From: Cyanobacteria bacterium auto_48_18
GTDB taxonomy: Bacteria; Cyanobacteriota; Vampirovibrionia; Obscuribacterales; Obscuribacteraceae
Direction: 5' to 3'
NCBI GenBank assembly: GCA_036170915.1
Contig: JAVHQC010000020.1
Coordinates: 32,001 to 96,000, forward strand
DNA: 64,000 nt
Positions 27,282 through 38,411 of this stretch are shown here, one piece after another (the first letter of the stretch is position 1; each line of letters starts with the position of its first letter). The position numbers and the translations under genes were made by a program. Below the pieces are notes generated by a model. It saw only the letters and a program-made list of their open reading frames with translations, made no database searches and was not told where the DNA came from.

Positions 27282-28595
27282 GTGTCAGTTCCGTTGAACC
27301 GCGAAGAACTCAAAAAGAAGCGTGAGAAATTCATCATCCCAGGCGTCAAACAAATGTATGCCGATCCACCCCACTTTGTAAAAGGGAAAGGTCAATATCT
27401 CTTTGACGAGACCGGCAGACAGTATCTCGATATGTTCGCCGGTATTGTCACAGTCTCTGTGGGTCATTGCCATCCAAAAGTGGTTCAGGCCACTGTGGAG
27501 CAGGTCAATACTCTGCAACACACGTCCACCATTTTCATGACTCAGCCCATGGTTGACTTGGGTGAAAAATTGGCTGATATCGCCCCTGGTGACATGGGCA
27601 AGTCTTTCATCACTAATTCGGGCACCGAGGCTAACGAAGCGGCAATTCGCTTCGCCCGTCTGGCCACTGGTCGCCACGAAGTGATTGCCCTCGAGCATTC
27701 ATATCACGGTGAGTCACATCTGGCATCAACACTTACTGCCAATCACAACTGGCGTCCAGACACTATGCCTGCTGCTGGTGTGGCTTATGCCGCCAATGCT
27801 TATTGTTATCGCTGTCCTTTTAAAAAGTCTCCCGACAGTTGCGGTCTTGAATGTGCGCAAGACGTGGAACGCGTAATTCAATCGCAAACTAGCGGAAAAC
27901 CTGCGGTGATGATTGCCGAGCCCATCCAAGGTGTAGGCGGAGCAATCACTCCACCTGATGATTACTTTATTGAAGTGAAAAAGATTCTGGAAAAATACGG
28001 GGCACTCTTTATTGCTGATGAAGTGCAAACCGGCGTTGGCCGTACCGGCAAACACTGGTTTGGTATCAGCAGCTACGGAGTTCAACCAGATATCATCACT
28101 ATGGCCAAAGGCCTGGCCAATGGTTTACCCATTGGTGCAGTGATCACTACTGAGGCTGTGGCAAAGGCTCTGCAAAAACAGACAATCAATACATTTGGCG
28201 GCAATCCGGTTTCGGCTGCTACGGCTCTGGCAGTGCTTGAGACAATTGAAGAAGAAAGGCTGATGGAAAATGCCCGTGTGGTTGGCGAATATTTGATGGC
28301 TGGTTTAAAGGATTTGCAGAAACAGTTTCCGCAACTGGTGGGTGATGTGCGCGGTAAAGGCCTGATGGTGGGCATGGAGCTGGCAGACAAGAATAAGATG
28401 CCTCTGCCGAAAGAGACTATGCAAATTGTAGAAATGGCTAAAGACGAAGGTGTAGTTATTGGTAAGGGTGGAATGTTCGGCAATGTCATTCGCATCAAAC
28501 CACCGCTCAGTATCACTAAAGAGAATGTAGACACTATGCTCAAAGTAGTTAAAAAAAGCATGGAGAGCCTGGTCAAAGTAGGCGTCAGCGCGTAG
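27282..28595 (+). CDS. Class III PLP aminotransferase, probable beta-alanine aminotransferase (PydD/AGXT2-like)
   Basis: FIADEVQTGVGRTG, DIITMAKGL and NTFGGNP motifs, with an AGGAGG RBS. Substrate inferred from context. Confidence 0.85.
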   Translation: MSVPLNREELKKKREKFIIPGVKQMYADPPHFVKGKGQYLFDETGRQYLDMFAGIVTVSVGHCHPKVVQATVEQVNTLQHTSTIFMTQPMVDLGEKLADIAPGDMGKSFITNSGTEANEAAIRFARLATGRHEVIALEHSYHGESHLASTLTANHNWRPDTMPAAGVAYAANAYCYRCPFKKSPDSCGLECAQDVERVIQSQTSGKPAVMIAEPIQGVGGAITPPDDYFIEVKKILEKYGALFIADEVQTGVGRTGKHWFGISSYGVQPDIITMAKGLANGLPIGAVITTEAVAKALQKQTINTFGGNPVSAATALAVLETIEEERLMENARVVGEYLMAGLKDLQKQFPQLVGDVRGKGLMVGMELADKNKMPLPKETMQIVEMAKDEGVVIGKGGMFGNVIRIKPPLSITKENVDTMLKVVKKSMESLVKVGVSA

Positions 28596-28638
28596 CTATT
28601 TTTTAGAATACTTTTTCGATTTAATCAGGAGTTGTAAG

Positions 28639-29550
28639 ATGGCCAAAAATGGCTCAGAGAACGGAAAAAATGTGGTTCGTTGCGGTTTGATTCAAACTAA
28701 AAATGACGTGGTCTCACCTTCCGGCGGCACCAATCAGAAATTGCTTGCTGAAATCAAAGACAGCATGTTGAAGAAACACATTGAGTACACCAAAGAAGCT
28801 CACGATAAAGGTGTGCAAATTCTTTGTTATCAAGAAATTTTCAATGGTCCTTATTTCTGCGCAGAACAAGAAACCTGCTGGTATGACTCTGCCGAAGAAA
28901 TTCCTGATGGCCCTACCATTAAGAAGATGCAAGAACTGGCCAAGAAATACAAAATGGTTTTGGTCGTACCTATTTATGAGAAAGAAAATACCGGTGTCTA
29001 TTACAACACTGCTGCTGTAATTGACGCTGATGGCCAGTATCTCGGCAAGTACCGCAAAAATCATATTCCTCATGTGGCTCCCGGATTCTGGGAGAAGTTC
29101 TATTTCAAACCAGGCAATCTGGGCTACCCAGTGTTCCAAACCGCTTATGCCACCATTGGCGTTTATATCTGCTACGACCGTCACTTCCCAGAGGGAGCTC
29201 GCGCTCTTGGGCTCAATGGTGCTGAAATTGTTTTCAACCCTTCTGCCACAGTGGCTGGTTTATCTGAGTATTTGTGGAAGCTGGAGCAACCAGCTCATGC
29301 CGCCGCCAACGGTTACTTTGTCGGTGCCATTAACCGCGTGGGCACTGAAGCTCCGTGGAATATTGGAGAATTTTACGGTTCAAGTTATTTCTGCGACCCT
29401 CGTGGCCAGATCATTGCTTGTGCCAGTAGAGACAAAGAAGAGCTTTTGGTGAGCGATCTTAACCTTGATCAAATTAGAGAAGTGCGAAATACCTGGCAGT
29501 TCTATCGCGACAGAAGACCTGAGACTTACGAAACTCTGGTTAAACTCTAA
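28639..29550 (+). CDS. Beta-ureidopropionase (nitrilase family)
   Basis: Glu-Lys-Cys triad (YQE, YRKNHIP, ICYDRHFPE) and FWEKFYF..GNLGYPVF. Adjacent to preTA. Confidence 0.88.
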   Translation: MAKNGSENGKNVVRCGLIQTKNDVVSPSGGTNQKLLAEIKDSMLKKHIEYTKEAHDKGVQILCYQEIFNGPYFCAEQETCWYDSAEEIPDGPTIKKMQELAKKYKMVLVVPIYEKENTGVYYNTAAVIDADGQYLGKYRKNHIPHVAPGFWEKFYFKPGNLGYPVFQTAYATIGVYICYDRHFPEGARALGLNGAEIVFNPSATVAGLSEYLWKLEQPAHAAANGYFVGAINRVGTEAPWNIGEFYGSSYFCDPRGQIIACASRDKEELLVSDLNLDQIREVRNTWQFYRDRRPETYETLVKL

Positions 29551-29570
29551 ATTTTAAAGCTGAGGACGCA

Positions 29571-30968
29571 ATGGCAGAGCACTACAAGCCGACTAAATAC
29601 AAGGCCTGGGAACTTACGCTGGAAGAACGCTTTCAGGAGGTTTATCCGCCTTTTTCCCAGCGAGACGCGGTGCTTGAAGCAAACCGCTGTCTCTATTGCC
29701 ACGATGCACCATGTATGGTGGCATGCCCCACTGGCATCGATATCCCTACCTTTATCAGAAAGATTGCCACAGGAAATGTTAAAGGCTCTGCCAAAACTAT
29801 TCTTGAGTCTAATTTGATGGGTGCAACTTGCGCGCGGGTTTGCCCTGTGCAAGTGTTGTGCGAGGGCGATTGTGTACTGCACGCCGACGAGAAACCAATT
29901 GCCATTGGTCGCCTGCAGCGTTATGCCACTGACTACGCCAACGAGAAAGGCATTCGCTTTTTTAAAGCTGGTCAGCCTAATGGAAAAAAAGTTGCAGTGG
30001 TCGGCGGTGGTCCGGCCGGATTATCTTGCGCCGGTGAGTTGGCGAAGCTTGGTTTTGCTGTCACTGTTTATGAAAAGAAAGTCTGGGCCGGCGGTTTATC
30101 AACTTATGGCATTGTAGTTTTTCGCGAACCAGTAGAAGTCAGCTTGGCTGAAGTGAAGATGATTGAAGAACTTGGTGTCACCATCCGCAATGGCATCGAA
30201 ATTGGCAAAGACCTTACTTTTGAAGAGTTGCTCGCTGAAAATGACGCCATTTTTGTCTCTATTGGTCTTGGTAATGTTCCTGAAATGGAGATACCAGGGG
30301 AGAATCTAGAGGGTGTGCATGATGGTCTCGATTTTGTGGAAGAGACTAAAACTGAAGCTCTGAACACCATAAAATTTGGCCACCGTGTTTGCGTAGTTGG
30401 TGCTGGTAACACTGCCATCGACTGTGCCACCATTGCCAGACGTCTTGGTGCCGAGCGCGTCACCATGATTTATCGCCGCTCTGAAGCAGAAATGCCGGCT
30501 TATCATTTTGAGTATGAGTTTGCCTTGAAAGAAGGCGTAAGCTTTATGTTTTTGACTCAACCAGTTGAGATATTGGGCAAAGACGGCAAGGTACACGGCG
30601 TTAAATGCGTGCGCATGGATCTCGGTCAACCTGACGCATCTGGTCGCAGACGCCCCGTGCACGTGCCCGATTCTGAATTTGTGGTGCCTTGCGACATGCT
30701 GATCAAGGCTATCGGCCAGGTCAAACCAGAGGGCATTATCGCCATGCTGGCACCATTTGGTATTGAGACAGAAAAGGGCTACATCAAAGTAGATCAGCAC
30801 AATCGCACCGCCCATGCGAAAATTTTTGCTGGTGGTGATTGCATTCGCAGCCATGGCGAAGCTTCTACAGTAATGGCGGTTCAAGACGGCAAAATCGCCG
30901 CTGCTTCCATCAGTGAGCAGCTTGTCGGCGCGGCTCGGCCCCTTGCAGCAGCTGTTTCAAAAAGGTAA
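29571..30968 (+). CDS. preT: NAD-dependent dihydropyrimidine dehydrogenase subunit PreT
   Basis: CLYCHDAPCMVACP and CARVCP...C Fe-S motifs, GGGPAG and GAGNTAID. Upstream of preA. Confidence 0.9.
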   Translation: MAEHYKPTKYKAWELTLEERFQEVYPPFSQRDAVLEANRCLYCHDAPCMVACPTGIDIPTFIRKIATGNVKGSAKTILESNLMGATCARVCPVQVLCEGDCVLHADEKPIAIGRLQRYATDYANEKGIRFFKAGQPNGKKVAVVGGGPAGLSCAGELAKLGFAVTVYEKKVWAGGLSTYGIVVFREPVEVSLAEVKMIEELGVTIRNGIEIGKDLTFEELLAENDAIFVSIGLGNVPEMEIPGENLEGVHDGLDFVEETKTEALNTIKFGHRVCVVGAGNTAIDCATIARRLGAERVTMIYRRSEAEMPAYHFEYEFALKEGVSFMFLTQPVEILGKDGKVHGVKCVRMDLGQPDASGRRRPVHVPDSEFVVPCDMLIKAIGQVKPEGIIAMLAPFGIETEKGYIKVDQHNRTAHAKIFAGGDCIRSHGEASTVMAVQDGKIAAASISEQLVGAARPLAAAVSKR

Positions 30969-30979
30969 GGAAAAACAAA

Positions 30980-32317
30980 ATGCCCGATCTATCAATCGAC
31001 TTTTGCGGTATCAAATCTCCCAATCCTTTCTGGTTAGCCTCGGCTCCTCCAGCCAATTCGGGCTATCAGGTGCAAAAAGCATTTGAACAGGGTTGGGGTG
31101 GAGCCGTGTGGAAAACCATCGGCGCCCCGGTTCTAAATGTGTGCAACCGTTATGGCACCATGGACTATAAAGGCAGTAAAATCATCGGCCTGAATAACGT
31201 TGAATTGATTTCCGATCGGCCCATAGAGCTGAACCTCAAAGAGATGGCCGAAGCTAAACGTAATTTTCCGCAGCATGCCATTATCGCTTCCATCATGGTG
31301 GAATCAAAAAAAGAAGCCTGGCAAGAAATAGTTAAACGCACCGAACAAACAGGCATTGATGGTTTCGAGCTAAATTTTGGTTGCCCTCACGGAATGTCGG
31401 AACGCGGCATGGGCTCTGCCATGGGGCAGGTGCCTGAGTACACACGAATGGTGACCGAATGGGTAATGGAAGTTGCCACTAAACCGGTTATAGTCAAGCT
31501 CACTCCCAATGTCACAGATATTGTTCTGCCAGCACGAGCAGCTTTGCTTGGTGGTGCCTCGGCACTCTCATTGATTAACACCATCAACAGTGTCATGGGT
31601 GTCGACCTTGACACTTTCGAGTTACAGCCCAATGTGGGCGGCAAGGGTGGTCACGGCGGGTATGCCGGGCCGGCCGTAAAACCAATCGCACTTCACTTGC
31701 TCAGCGCCGTTGCCGCAGATCCTGATATTCTTAAATCGCGTTTACCAATTTCTGGTATGGGTGGCGTTGAAACCTGGCGCGATGCTGTTGAATTTATGCT
31801 GCTCGGCGCTACATCGGTTCAGGTTTGCACTGCGGTTATGCACTGGGGTTTCCGCATTGTGGAAGACATGATCGAAGGCATGAGCAACTGGATGGAAGAA
31901 AAAGGTTTTGAAACTTGCGATGATTTTATCGGCAAGTCACTGCCTCGCGTTTCCAATTTTGGCGATTTCGACCTGGGCTTCCAGTCCGTGGCCCGCATTA
32001 ATCATGATAAATGTATACAGTGCAATCTTTGTTATATCGCCTGTAATGACGCTGCACACCAGTGTATCGATCTTAAGGAACTGAAGATTACTGATGAGGC
32101 AAAAGAAAGACTCTGGCCGGTTGTGCGTGAAGAAGATTGCGTTGGTTGTGACCTTTGTTCACGTGTTTGTCCGGTGGACGATTGCATCACAATGGTGGAG
32201 ATCGACACTGGTAGGCCTCATATCACCTGGAATGAGCTGGTTAAGTCAAAACCTGAAGTTCTTGAGTGGGAAGAAATGGAAACCTACCGTGAGACAGCGA
32301 ACATCCACATACACTAA
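30980..32317 (+). CDS. preA: NAD-dependent dihydropyrimidine dehydrogenase subunit PreA
   Basis: NPFWLASAPP, ELNFGCPHGM, KLTPN and C-terminal 2x[4Fe-4S] motifs. Confidence 0.95.
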   Translation: MPDLSIDFCGIKSPNPFWLASAPPANSGYQVQKAFEQGWGGAVWKTIGAPVLNVCNRYGTMDYKGSKIIGLNNVELISDRPIELNLKEMAEAKRNFPQHAIIASIMVESKKEAWQEIVKRTEQTGIDGFELNFGCPHGMSERGMGSAMGQVPEYTRMVTEWVMEVATKPVIVKLTPNVTDIVLPARAALLGGASALSLINTINSVMGVDLDTFELQPNVGGKGGHGGYAGPAVKPIALHLLSAVAADPDILKSRLPISGMGGVETWRDAVEFMLLGATSVQVCTAVMHWGFRIVEDMIEGMSNWMEEKGFETCDDFIGKSLPRVSNFGDFDLGFQSVARINHDKCIQCNLCYIACNDAAHQCIDLKELKITDEAKERLWPVVREEDCVGCDLCSRVCPVDDCITMVEIDTGRPHITWNELVKSKPEVLEWEEMETYRETANIHIH

Positions 32318-32326
32318 TATGTAAGG

Positions 32327-33703
32327 ATGATTTCTCAACCGATCAGTTACTTAACTGTTGCCGCTAGAGCAATGACCTGGGCCAATATTGCCATACTGAG
32401 TTTTGTGAAAAGGACTCAACCATGCAATATATTCCTCTTATGCTCGGCATTATTGACTATTTCGGTTCTCGATATATCTGCTGCGGCTGGCTCCGGTGCC
32501 TGCGCGGCCGCTGAAACTGAGAAATATGGTGGTCAAAAATATAACGGTCAGAAGTATGTTGAAAAAGCAGCCCGTGGTTGCGCACCGTTGAGGCTCGGTG
32601 TTGGCTCCTCGTCACAGATGAGGAGCGAGCGCTTAGCTGGACCGGACACCATAGTGAGTGATACTGCCACAGTGGGCGGCGGAGACAGCGTGGTGGGTGC
32701 AGACGGCGTGCGCATAGAAATAAGTTCAATAAAACCAACCCAACCAAATAAAGAAGCTAAACCAATCAAAGAAACTCAAGAGAGCAAAGAGAGTGTTGTG
32801 GCTAAAGAGCTGCCCGGTCTGTATTTTGCCTGTGAACGTAAGTTAGCACTGAAGGGCAAACGTATTAGTGCCTCAGACTGGTTGGGCAGAACCAGCAAAG
32901 ATTTATCCTACGGTGACCGTGGTGCTGCCAACGACACTTTGTACAGCGAAGAAGAGCTCTTCAAGAGATTGAGTGCAGAGATGGAAAGTTCGGGGCGGCC
33001 GCTCACTATTTTTGTACACGGATGCTGTGTCAGTTTCAACGAAAACCTGATTCAGGCCAATGATATTCATCAAGCTCTGCAAGCGCAGGGGCTTAACGGC
33101 CCGCTTTTGGCTTATGACTGGGCCACCCCGAATTATAACTACGCCGGTTCGCTCGCGCGTCTGCCTGGGTGCCGCACCAATTTCACAGCCTTTCTTCAAC
33201 GTCTGGTGAGCAAAATCGGTCGGGATAAGATTGTGATCGTGGCTCACAGCTTAGGCATTCACGCCCTACAAGAATATTGCCAGCATACGCTTAAACAAGA
33301 AACAGCGTCGCCCCAGCAGATGTTTTCGGCTGTGGTGCTCTGCCGACCTGACGTTGACGTCAGTTCTTTCAAGCATTCACAAGAAGCAATTAAAATGTAT
33401 TCGGGCAAATTGATGTTGCTTTGTGCCACCAACGATATCAATCTCAAGCTCTCTTCTTTTATTCGCAGAGCAGGCTACAATTTTGGTGACGATCCCAAAC
33501 CGCGTCAGGGTAACCATTTGCGCCTGGGTCAGGCCAGTGTAGCTGGTCCGCTGGCAGCCAATCTGGCGGTTTACGATATCAGCAAATTGAAGCTCAAGCA
33601 TTTGATTCCTTATAAGCTCATTGCCAGCTTGCTCACAGGCGAATGCTCTGACTTTACTATTGAGAAGGCCGAAAGCGGTGTCCTCAATGTCAAGAGTCGA
33701 TAA
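32327..33703 (+). CDS. Alpha/beta hydrolase (DUF900-like), probably exported; start uncertain
   Basis: IFVHG, YDW, VAHSLG nucleophile elbow, PDVD and D..L..S motifs. Confidence 0.7.
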   Translation: MISQPISYLTVAARAMTWANIAILSFVKRTQPCNIFLLCSALLTISVLDISAAAGSGACAAAETEKYGGQKYNGQKYVEKAARGCAPLRLGVGSSSQMRSERLAGPDTIVSDTATVGGGDSVVGADGVRIEISSIKPTQPNKEAKPIKETQESKESVVAKELPGLYFACERKLALKGKRISASDWLGRTSKDLSYGDRGAANDTLYSEEELFKRLSAEMESSGRPLTIFVHGCCVSFNENLIQANDIHQALQAQGLNGPLLAYDWATPNYNYAGSLARLPGCRTNFTAFLQRLVSKIGRDKIVIVAHSLGIHALQEYCQHTLKQETASPQQMFSAVVLCRPDVDVSSFKHSQEAIKMYSGKLMLLCATNDINLKLSSFIRRAGYNFGDDPKPRQGNHLRLGQASVAGPLAANLAVYDISKLKLKHLIPYKLIASLLTGECSDFTIEKAESGVLNVKSR

Positions 33704-33791
33704 CTGACAACTTCAGCTATAATTTCTATAAGCTCCGCAGTTGTTAGTACGGCAATTTTTGCACCGTGGCACTGGCGAGCGCGGAGTCTTG

Positions 33792-35225
33792 ATGGATGCA
33801 AAATTAGAAAAACAAATTTCATCGTCTCCTCCTCCTCCAGAACTGGCTAATTTGCCCCAGCGCAAGAGCCGCAAACAGCTCTGGGTGGGAATTGTTTTGG
33901 TTTTGGCCCTGGGCGGCTATGTTCTGAAAGACAAACTGGTGTTGCCGCAACAGCAACCGCAAGGTCTATCACAGTCTCTAGCGCAAGCAGATAGTGCAAA
34001 ACTGGCTAAGCGTGCAAACACGCAAGCAGTGCTTACCGTGCAGTTAACACCTGTGAAAAGGCGATCGTTTGAAAGGCAACTTCTGGTCAGCGGCACTGTC
34101 TGGGCCTGGGACCCGGTGCAGGTCGGCTCTGAAGTCAACGGTTTAAAAGTGCAATCGGTGCTGGTAGATGATGGTGCTCATGTGGTGCGCGGGCAGACGC
34201 TGGCTAAGTTAAACAGCAGCATTATCGAAGCGCAGTTAGCCAAAAAGAGGGCAAATTTAGCCGGAGCTCAGGCAGCTTTAAGAAAAGCGATTCAACCAAA
34301 TCGTCCCGAAGATTTGACTTCACTCAAATATGCATATCATCAAGCCCAGGCCAATGTGGCACAGGAAGAAGCCTATTTAGCGAGAGCGCAGGCTAACCAT
34401 GCTGAAGCCGATGCTAATGCTAAACGTTATAGCTGGCTTGTCAGTCAGGGTGCAGTCAGTGCGCAAGACGCCGACAACCGCAACACTCAGGCAAAAGTAT
34501 TTCAAGCTGAAGTGAACAATGGTGAGCAAAAAGTGAAAGCGGCTAAACTTGCTGCCGAGCAGGCTCACGACCGTTTGACCATGGGTAATTCTGGTGGTCG
34601 AGTAGAAGATGTTGCCATTTCAAAAGCGCAGTTGGCCGAAATTAATGCCGGCATCGCTGAGCTGCAATCACAATTGGCACAGACCTCGATTCAGTCTCCC
34701 TGTGATGGTGTCGTTCTCAAACGCAGTGTACACATCGGCGATATTTCCAGTATCAATAAAGTCATGTTTGACCTGGTACGTGATGGTCGCCTTGAGATGC
34801 GAGCCAATTTGCCTGAAGCTGATATTGCTCTGGTTAAAGCCGGGCAGCTGGTGCGAATTGGTGACGTTGAAGCGAAAGTGAGAGAAATCAGCCCCATGAT
34901 CGACCAAGAAAGCAGGCTTGGCATGGTGCGCATCGACTTGCCTAAAACTACGCACTTGCGTCCAGGCAATTTTGTCAAGGGAGAAATTGGTCTTGGTCAG
35001 CAAACGGCACTGGCTGTGCCTTCCAGCGCGGTTGTTTTTAAGGATAATCGAGCGGTAGTTTACACTGTGGGCAACGACCAGAAAGCGCATATGCATTTTG
35101 TGGAAGTGGGTGCGCGTGATGGTGACTTCATCGAACTGCGTTCAGGATTAAAACCTGGTGACCAAATTGTCGCTAAGGGAGCCGGTTTTATCAAAGACGG
35201 TGACGTGGTCAATATTTCGGATTAG
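33792..35225 (+). CDS. RND efflux periplasmic adaptor (membrane fusion protein)
   Basis: N-terminal TM segment, lipoyl-like halves (VDDGAHVVRGQ.LA, IQSPCDGVV) and a long helical hairpin. ATG at 33792 chosen. Confidence 0.92.
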   Translation: MDAKLEKQISSSPPPPELANLPQRKSRKQLWVGIVLVLALGGYVLKDKLVLPQQQPQGLSQSLAQADSAKLAKRANTQAVLTVQLTPVKRRSFERQLLVSGTVWAWDPVQVGSEVNGLKVQSVLVDDGAHVVRGQTLAKLNSSIIEAQLAKKRANLAGAQAALRKAIQPNRPEDLTSLKYAYHQAQANVAQEEAYLARAQANHAEADANAKRYSWLVSQGAVSAQDADNRNTQAKVFQAEVNNGEQKVKAAKLAAEQAHDRLTMGNSGGRVEDVAISKAQLAEINAGIAELQSQLAQTSIQSPCDGVVLKRSVHIGDISSINKVMFDLVRDGRLEMRANLPEADIALVKAGQLVRIGDVEAKVREISPMIDQESRLGMVRIDLPKTTHLRPGNFVKGEIGLGQQTALAVPSSAVVFKDNRAVVYTVGNDQKAHMHFVEVGARDGDFIELRSGLKPGDQIVAKGAGFIKDGDVVNISD

Positions 35226-35233
35226 AGCAATTT

Positions 35234-38200
35234 ATGAGTTGGAATCTTTCCACATGGTCGATTAAAAACCCGGTTCCTGTAATCGTGCTTTTTTTAGTTT
35301 TGACTTTGATGGGGGCGATTTCTTTTGTCAAGCTAGGTATCGACGAAAGCCCCAATATCGACGTTCCTGTGGTCACTGTGTCAGTGTCTCAGTTGGGTGC
35401 CGCTCCCGCCGAGCTGGAAACACAAGTGACCCGAAAAATAGAAGACGCCATCGCTGGTATCGGCAATATTAAACACATTGCCTCCAGTATTACCGACGGT
35501 GCCTCGTCTACTTCAATTGAATTCAATCTCGGCACCAATACAGATAGAGCCGTCAACGACGTGCGCGACGCCATCTCCAAAATTCGCCAGGATATGCCGC
35601 AGGGTATTGAAGAGCCGATTATTCAAAGGCTCGATTTTGTCGGTGGGCCATTCGTTACTTACACAATCGACTCTAAAGTCTTGCCCCCGGCTGAACTTTC
35701 CTGGGTGGTAGACAATGATGTGGCCCGCGCTTTACTTTCCGTACCAGGTGTAGGCCAGGTGCAGCGAGCTGGTGGTGTGGATAGAGAAATCAGAATCAAT
35801 CTAGACCCCACCAGACTGGAAGCGCTTGGTATTACAGCTGATACCGTGAGCAATCAAATTCGCCAGCTCAATATTAACTTACCAGGTGGGCGTGGTCAGG
35901 TGGGAGAAGGTGAGCAGTCTATCCGTTTGCTGGGCAGCGCGTTGACCGTAGAGCAACTGGCAAAGACCGACATTACTTTGCCCAGCGGCAGAAGAGCGCG
36001 CCTTGACACCCTGGGAAAAGTGCAGGACAGCACATCTGAAGTCAGACAAATGGCACTGCTCAATAACGAGCCCGTAGTGGCATTTTCTGTGGTGCGCAGC
36101 ACCGGATCTAATCTGGTAGATGTAGAGCGGGGTGTGGATGCCAAAATTAAAGAGCTGAGCGAAACACTTCCTGGCTCTTTGAAGGTGGTTAAGTTGCGCA
36201 GCAACGGCCGCTATATCAAAGATTCTTACGACGCCTCACTGGAGTCTCTTATTTTCGGTGCCCTTCTGGCAGTGTTTGTAGTCTGGATATTTTTAAAAGA
36301 TTGGCGGGCCACGGCTATCACCGCCATTGCTATTCCACTATCAGTGATACCAACATTTGCCGTCATGCAATGGGCCGGCTTCACGCTAAATGGCATGTCT
36401 TTGCTTGGTCTTGCTCTGGTCATTGGTATTCTGGTTGATGATGCCATTGTGGAAATCGAAAACATAGTCAGGCACATTCGCATGGGTAAGCCTGCTTATC
36501 AGGCCTCTATTGAAGCGGCTGAAGAAATCGGCCTGGCTGTGATTGCCACCACTTTAACAATTGTGGTGGTATTTGTACCGGTAGCTTCCATGGGCGGCAT
36601 TCCCGGCCAGTTTTTCAAACAGTTTGGCCTCACCGTCACAGTGGCTGTGCTGTTTTCGTTACTGGTGGCACGCATGATTACACCCATGATTGCAGCCTAT
36701 GGAATGCGCGCAACCGAAGAACAAGTAGACAAGCGCTCGTTTATGAAGTACTACGGCCCGATTCTAAATTTGGCCATGAAACACCGGTTAACAGCTGTAA
36801 TCTGCGCTTTTGTACTTTTTGGTGCTTCCATTGCCTTATTCAAATCAATGCCCACGTCGCTTATGGCCAATGTCGACCGGGGCGAAGTGTTGCTTACTAT
36901 TGAAATGCCCCCTGGCTCTGATATCGACGATACAAGGTCTGTAGCAGAGAAATGCAGCGCCATTATCAAGAAGCATCCTGAAGCGGTCAATGTGGTGAGC
37001 TTTGTGGGCACGCCAACTTCAGCCAAGCGCACATCCGGCGGCAATCAGGGTGATGTGACTAAAGCCACGATTTATATTTCACTCAAACCGCGCAATGAAA
37101 GACATTTGAGCCAACAAGAGTTTGAAGAGAATGTGAGAGCCGAACTTGATGTTATAGCCGGCGCGCGTCTGAGCTTCTCGCGCTCGGGGGGCATGGGCGG
37201 CAAGCCACTGCGCATGGTGCTCACGTCATCTGACTCTAATCAACTTGAGCGCGTTGCCGAAGAAATTAAAGACCAGATGCGTTCCATCAAGGGTCTTTAT
37301 GATGTCAGTTCATCAGCGGGCATTTTGCGACCAGAAATTTTAGTCACCCCTGATTTTGATAAAGCTGCCAGGCAGGGCGTTTCGGTGCAGTCTATTGCAC
37401 GCACCGCATTGATTGGCACTTTAGGTGATAGCGAAGCTAATCTGGCTAAATTCAATCTCGATGATCGTCAGGTCAATATCAGAGTGCAATTAGATCCGCA
37501 GTATCGCAATGATTTGCGTATCATTGAAGACATGAAAGTGGCGGCTAACGGCGGCCGGTTGGTGCCGCTCAGTAGCGTCGCTTCAGTCAAGTTTGGCAGC
37601 GGACCATTTCAGATTGATAGATTCGACCGCCAAAGACAAGTAACGCTTGAATCTGGCCTAGAAAGCAGTATCCCACTGGGCGATGCTATTAAAAAAGTGC
37701 ATGAATTGCCGGCTTTTAAATCCATGCCTCCTACCATATCTGAGTTGCCACTGGGCGACGCTGAAATTCAAAGAGATATCTTTAGCGGCTTTGCCACCGC
37801 CATTGGTTCGGCTGTTTTACTGATTTACGCTGTGCTTGTGGTGCTGTTTGGTGGCTTCCTCCACCCATTGACGATTATGATGTCGTTGCCCCTTTCGCTT
37901 TGCGGAGCCTTGATTGGACTTGTGCTCTTTCATCAGTCAGTGGGACTTTACGCTCTCATCGGTATCACCATGCTTATGGGTCTGGTGACCAAAAATGCCA
38001 TCTTACTTGTGGAATATGGATTGATGTCGATGAAGCAAGGTGTGCCGCAAAGAGAAGCAATTATCTTGGCAGGTGAAACTCGTATGCAGCCTATTTTGAT
38101 GACCACAATTGCCATGATTGCCGGCATGATGCCTGTGGCTCTTGGAATTGGTGCAGGCTCTGAGGCACGTGCCCCCATGGCTATATCAGTGATTGGTGGA

Positions 38201-38368
38201 CTTGTCACCTCGACTATGTTTACATTGATTGTGATTCCTGTAGTCTTCACCTATGTCGATGATTTTCAACAGTGGCTCAAACGCACCGCTTTTCGTTTCG
38301 TTTCCAGTGGTGCCAATGAAAAAGATAGTATGCGCGCCCAAATTGATAGTGCGCTCAAAGAGCCGTAG
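35234..38368 (+). CDS. RND efflux permease (AcrB/HAE1 family)
   Basis: 1044 aa with the [13 protein letters not shown] and KNAILLVE...R..PILMTT proton-relay motifs. Confidence 0.96.
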   Translation: MSWNLSTWSIKNPVPVIVLFLVLTLMGAISFVKLGIDESPNIDVPVVTVSVSQLGAAPAELETQVTRKIEDAIAGIGNIKHIASSITDGASSTSIEFNLGTNTDRAVNDVRDAISKIRQDMPQGIEEPIIQRLDFVGGPFVTYTIDSKVLPPAELSWVVDNDVARALLSVPGVGQVQRAGGVDREIRINLDPTRLEALGITADTVSNQIRQLNINLPGGRGQVGEGEQSIRLLGSALTVEQLAKTDITLPSGRRARLDTLGKVQDSTSEVRQMALLNNEPVVAFSVVRSTGSNLVDVERGVDAKIKELSETLPGSLKVVKLRSNGRYIKDSYDASLESLIFGALLAVFVVWIFLKDWRATAITAIAIPLSVIPTFAVMQWAGFTLNGMSLLGLALVIGILVDDAIVEIENIVRHIRMGKPAYQASIEAAEEIGLAVIATTLTIVVVFVPVASMGGIPGQFFKQFGLTVTVAVLFSLLVARMITPMIAAYGMRATEEQVDKRSFMKYYGPILNLAMKHRLTAVICAFVLFGASIALFKSMPTSLMANVDRGEVLLTIEMPPGSDIDDTRSVAEKCSAIIKKHPEAVNVVSFVGTPTSAKRTSGGNQGDVTKATIYISLKPRNERHLSQQEFEENVRAELDVIAGARLSFSRSGGMGGKPLRMVLTSSDSNQLERVAEEIKDQMRSIKGLYDVSSSAGILRPEILVTPDFDKAARQGVSVQSIARTALIGTLGDSEANLAKFNLDDRQVNIRVQLDPQYRNDLRIIEDMKVAANGGRLVPLSSVASVKFGSGPFQIDRFDRQRQVTLESGLESSIPLGDAIKKVHELPAFKSMPPTISELPLGDAEIQRDIFSGFATAIGSAVLLIYAVLVVLFGGFLHPLTIMMSLPLSLCGALIGLVLFHQSVGLYALIGITMLMGLVTKNAILLVEYGLMSMKQGVPQREAIILAGETRMQPILMTTIAMIAGMMPVALGIGAGSEARAPMAISVIGGLVTSTMFTLIVIPVVFTYVDDFQQWLKRTAFRFVSSGANEKDSMRAQIDSALKEP

Positions 38369-38411
38369 CAAAGAATAATGCACAACTAATTAATCTAATT
38401 CTACTGGTGGG

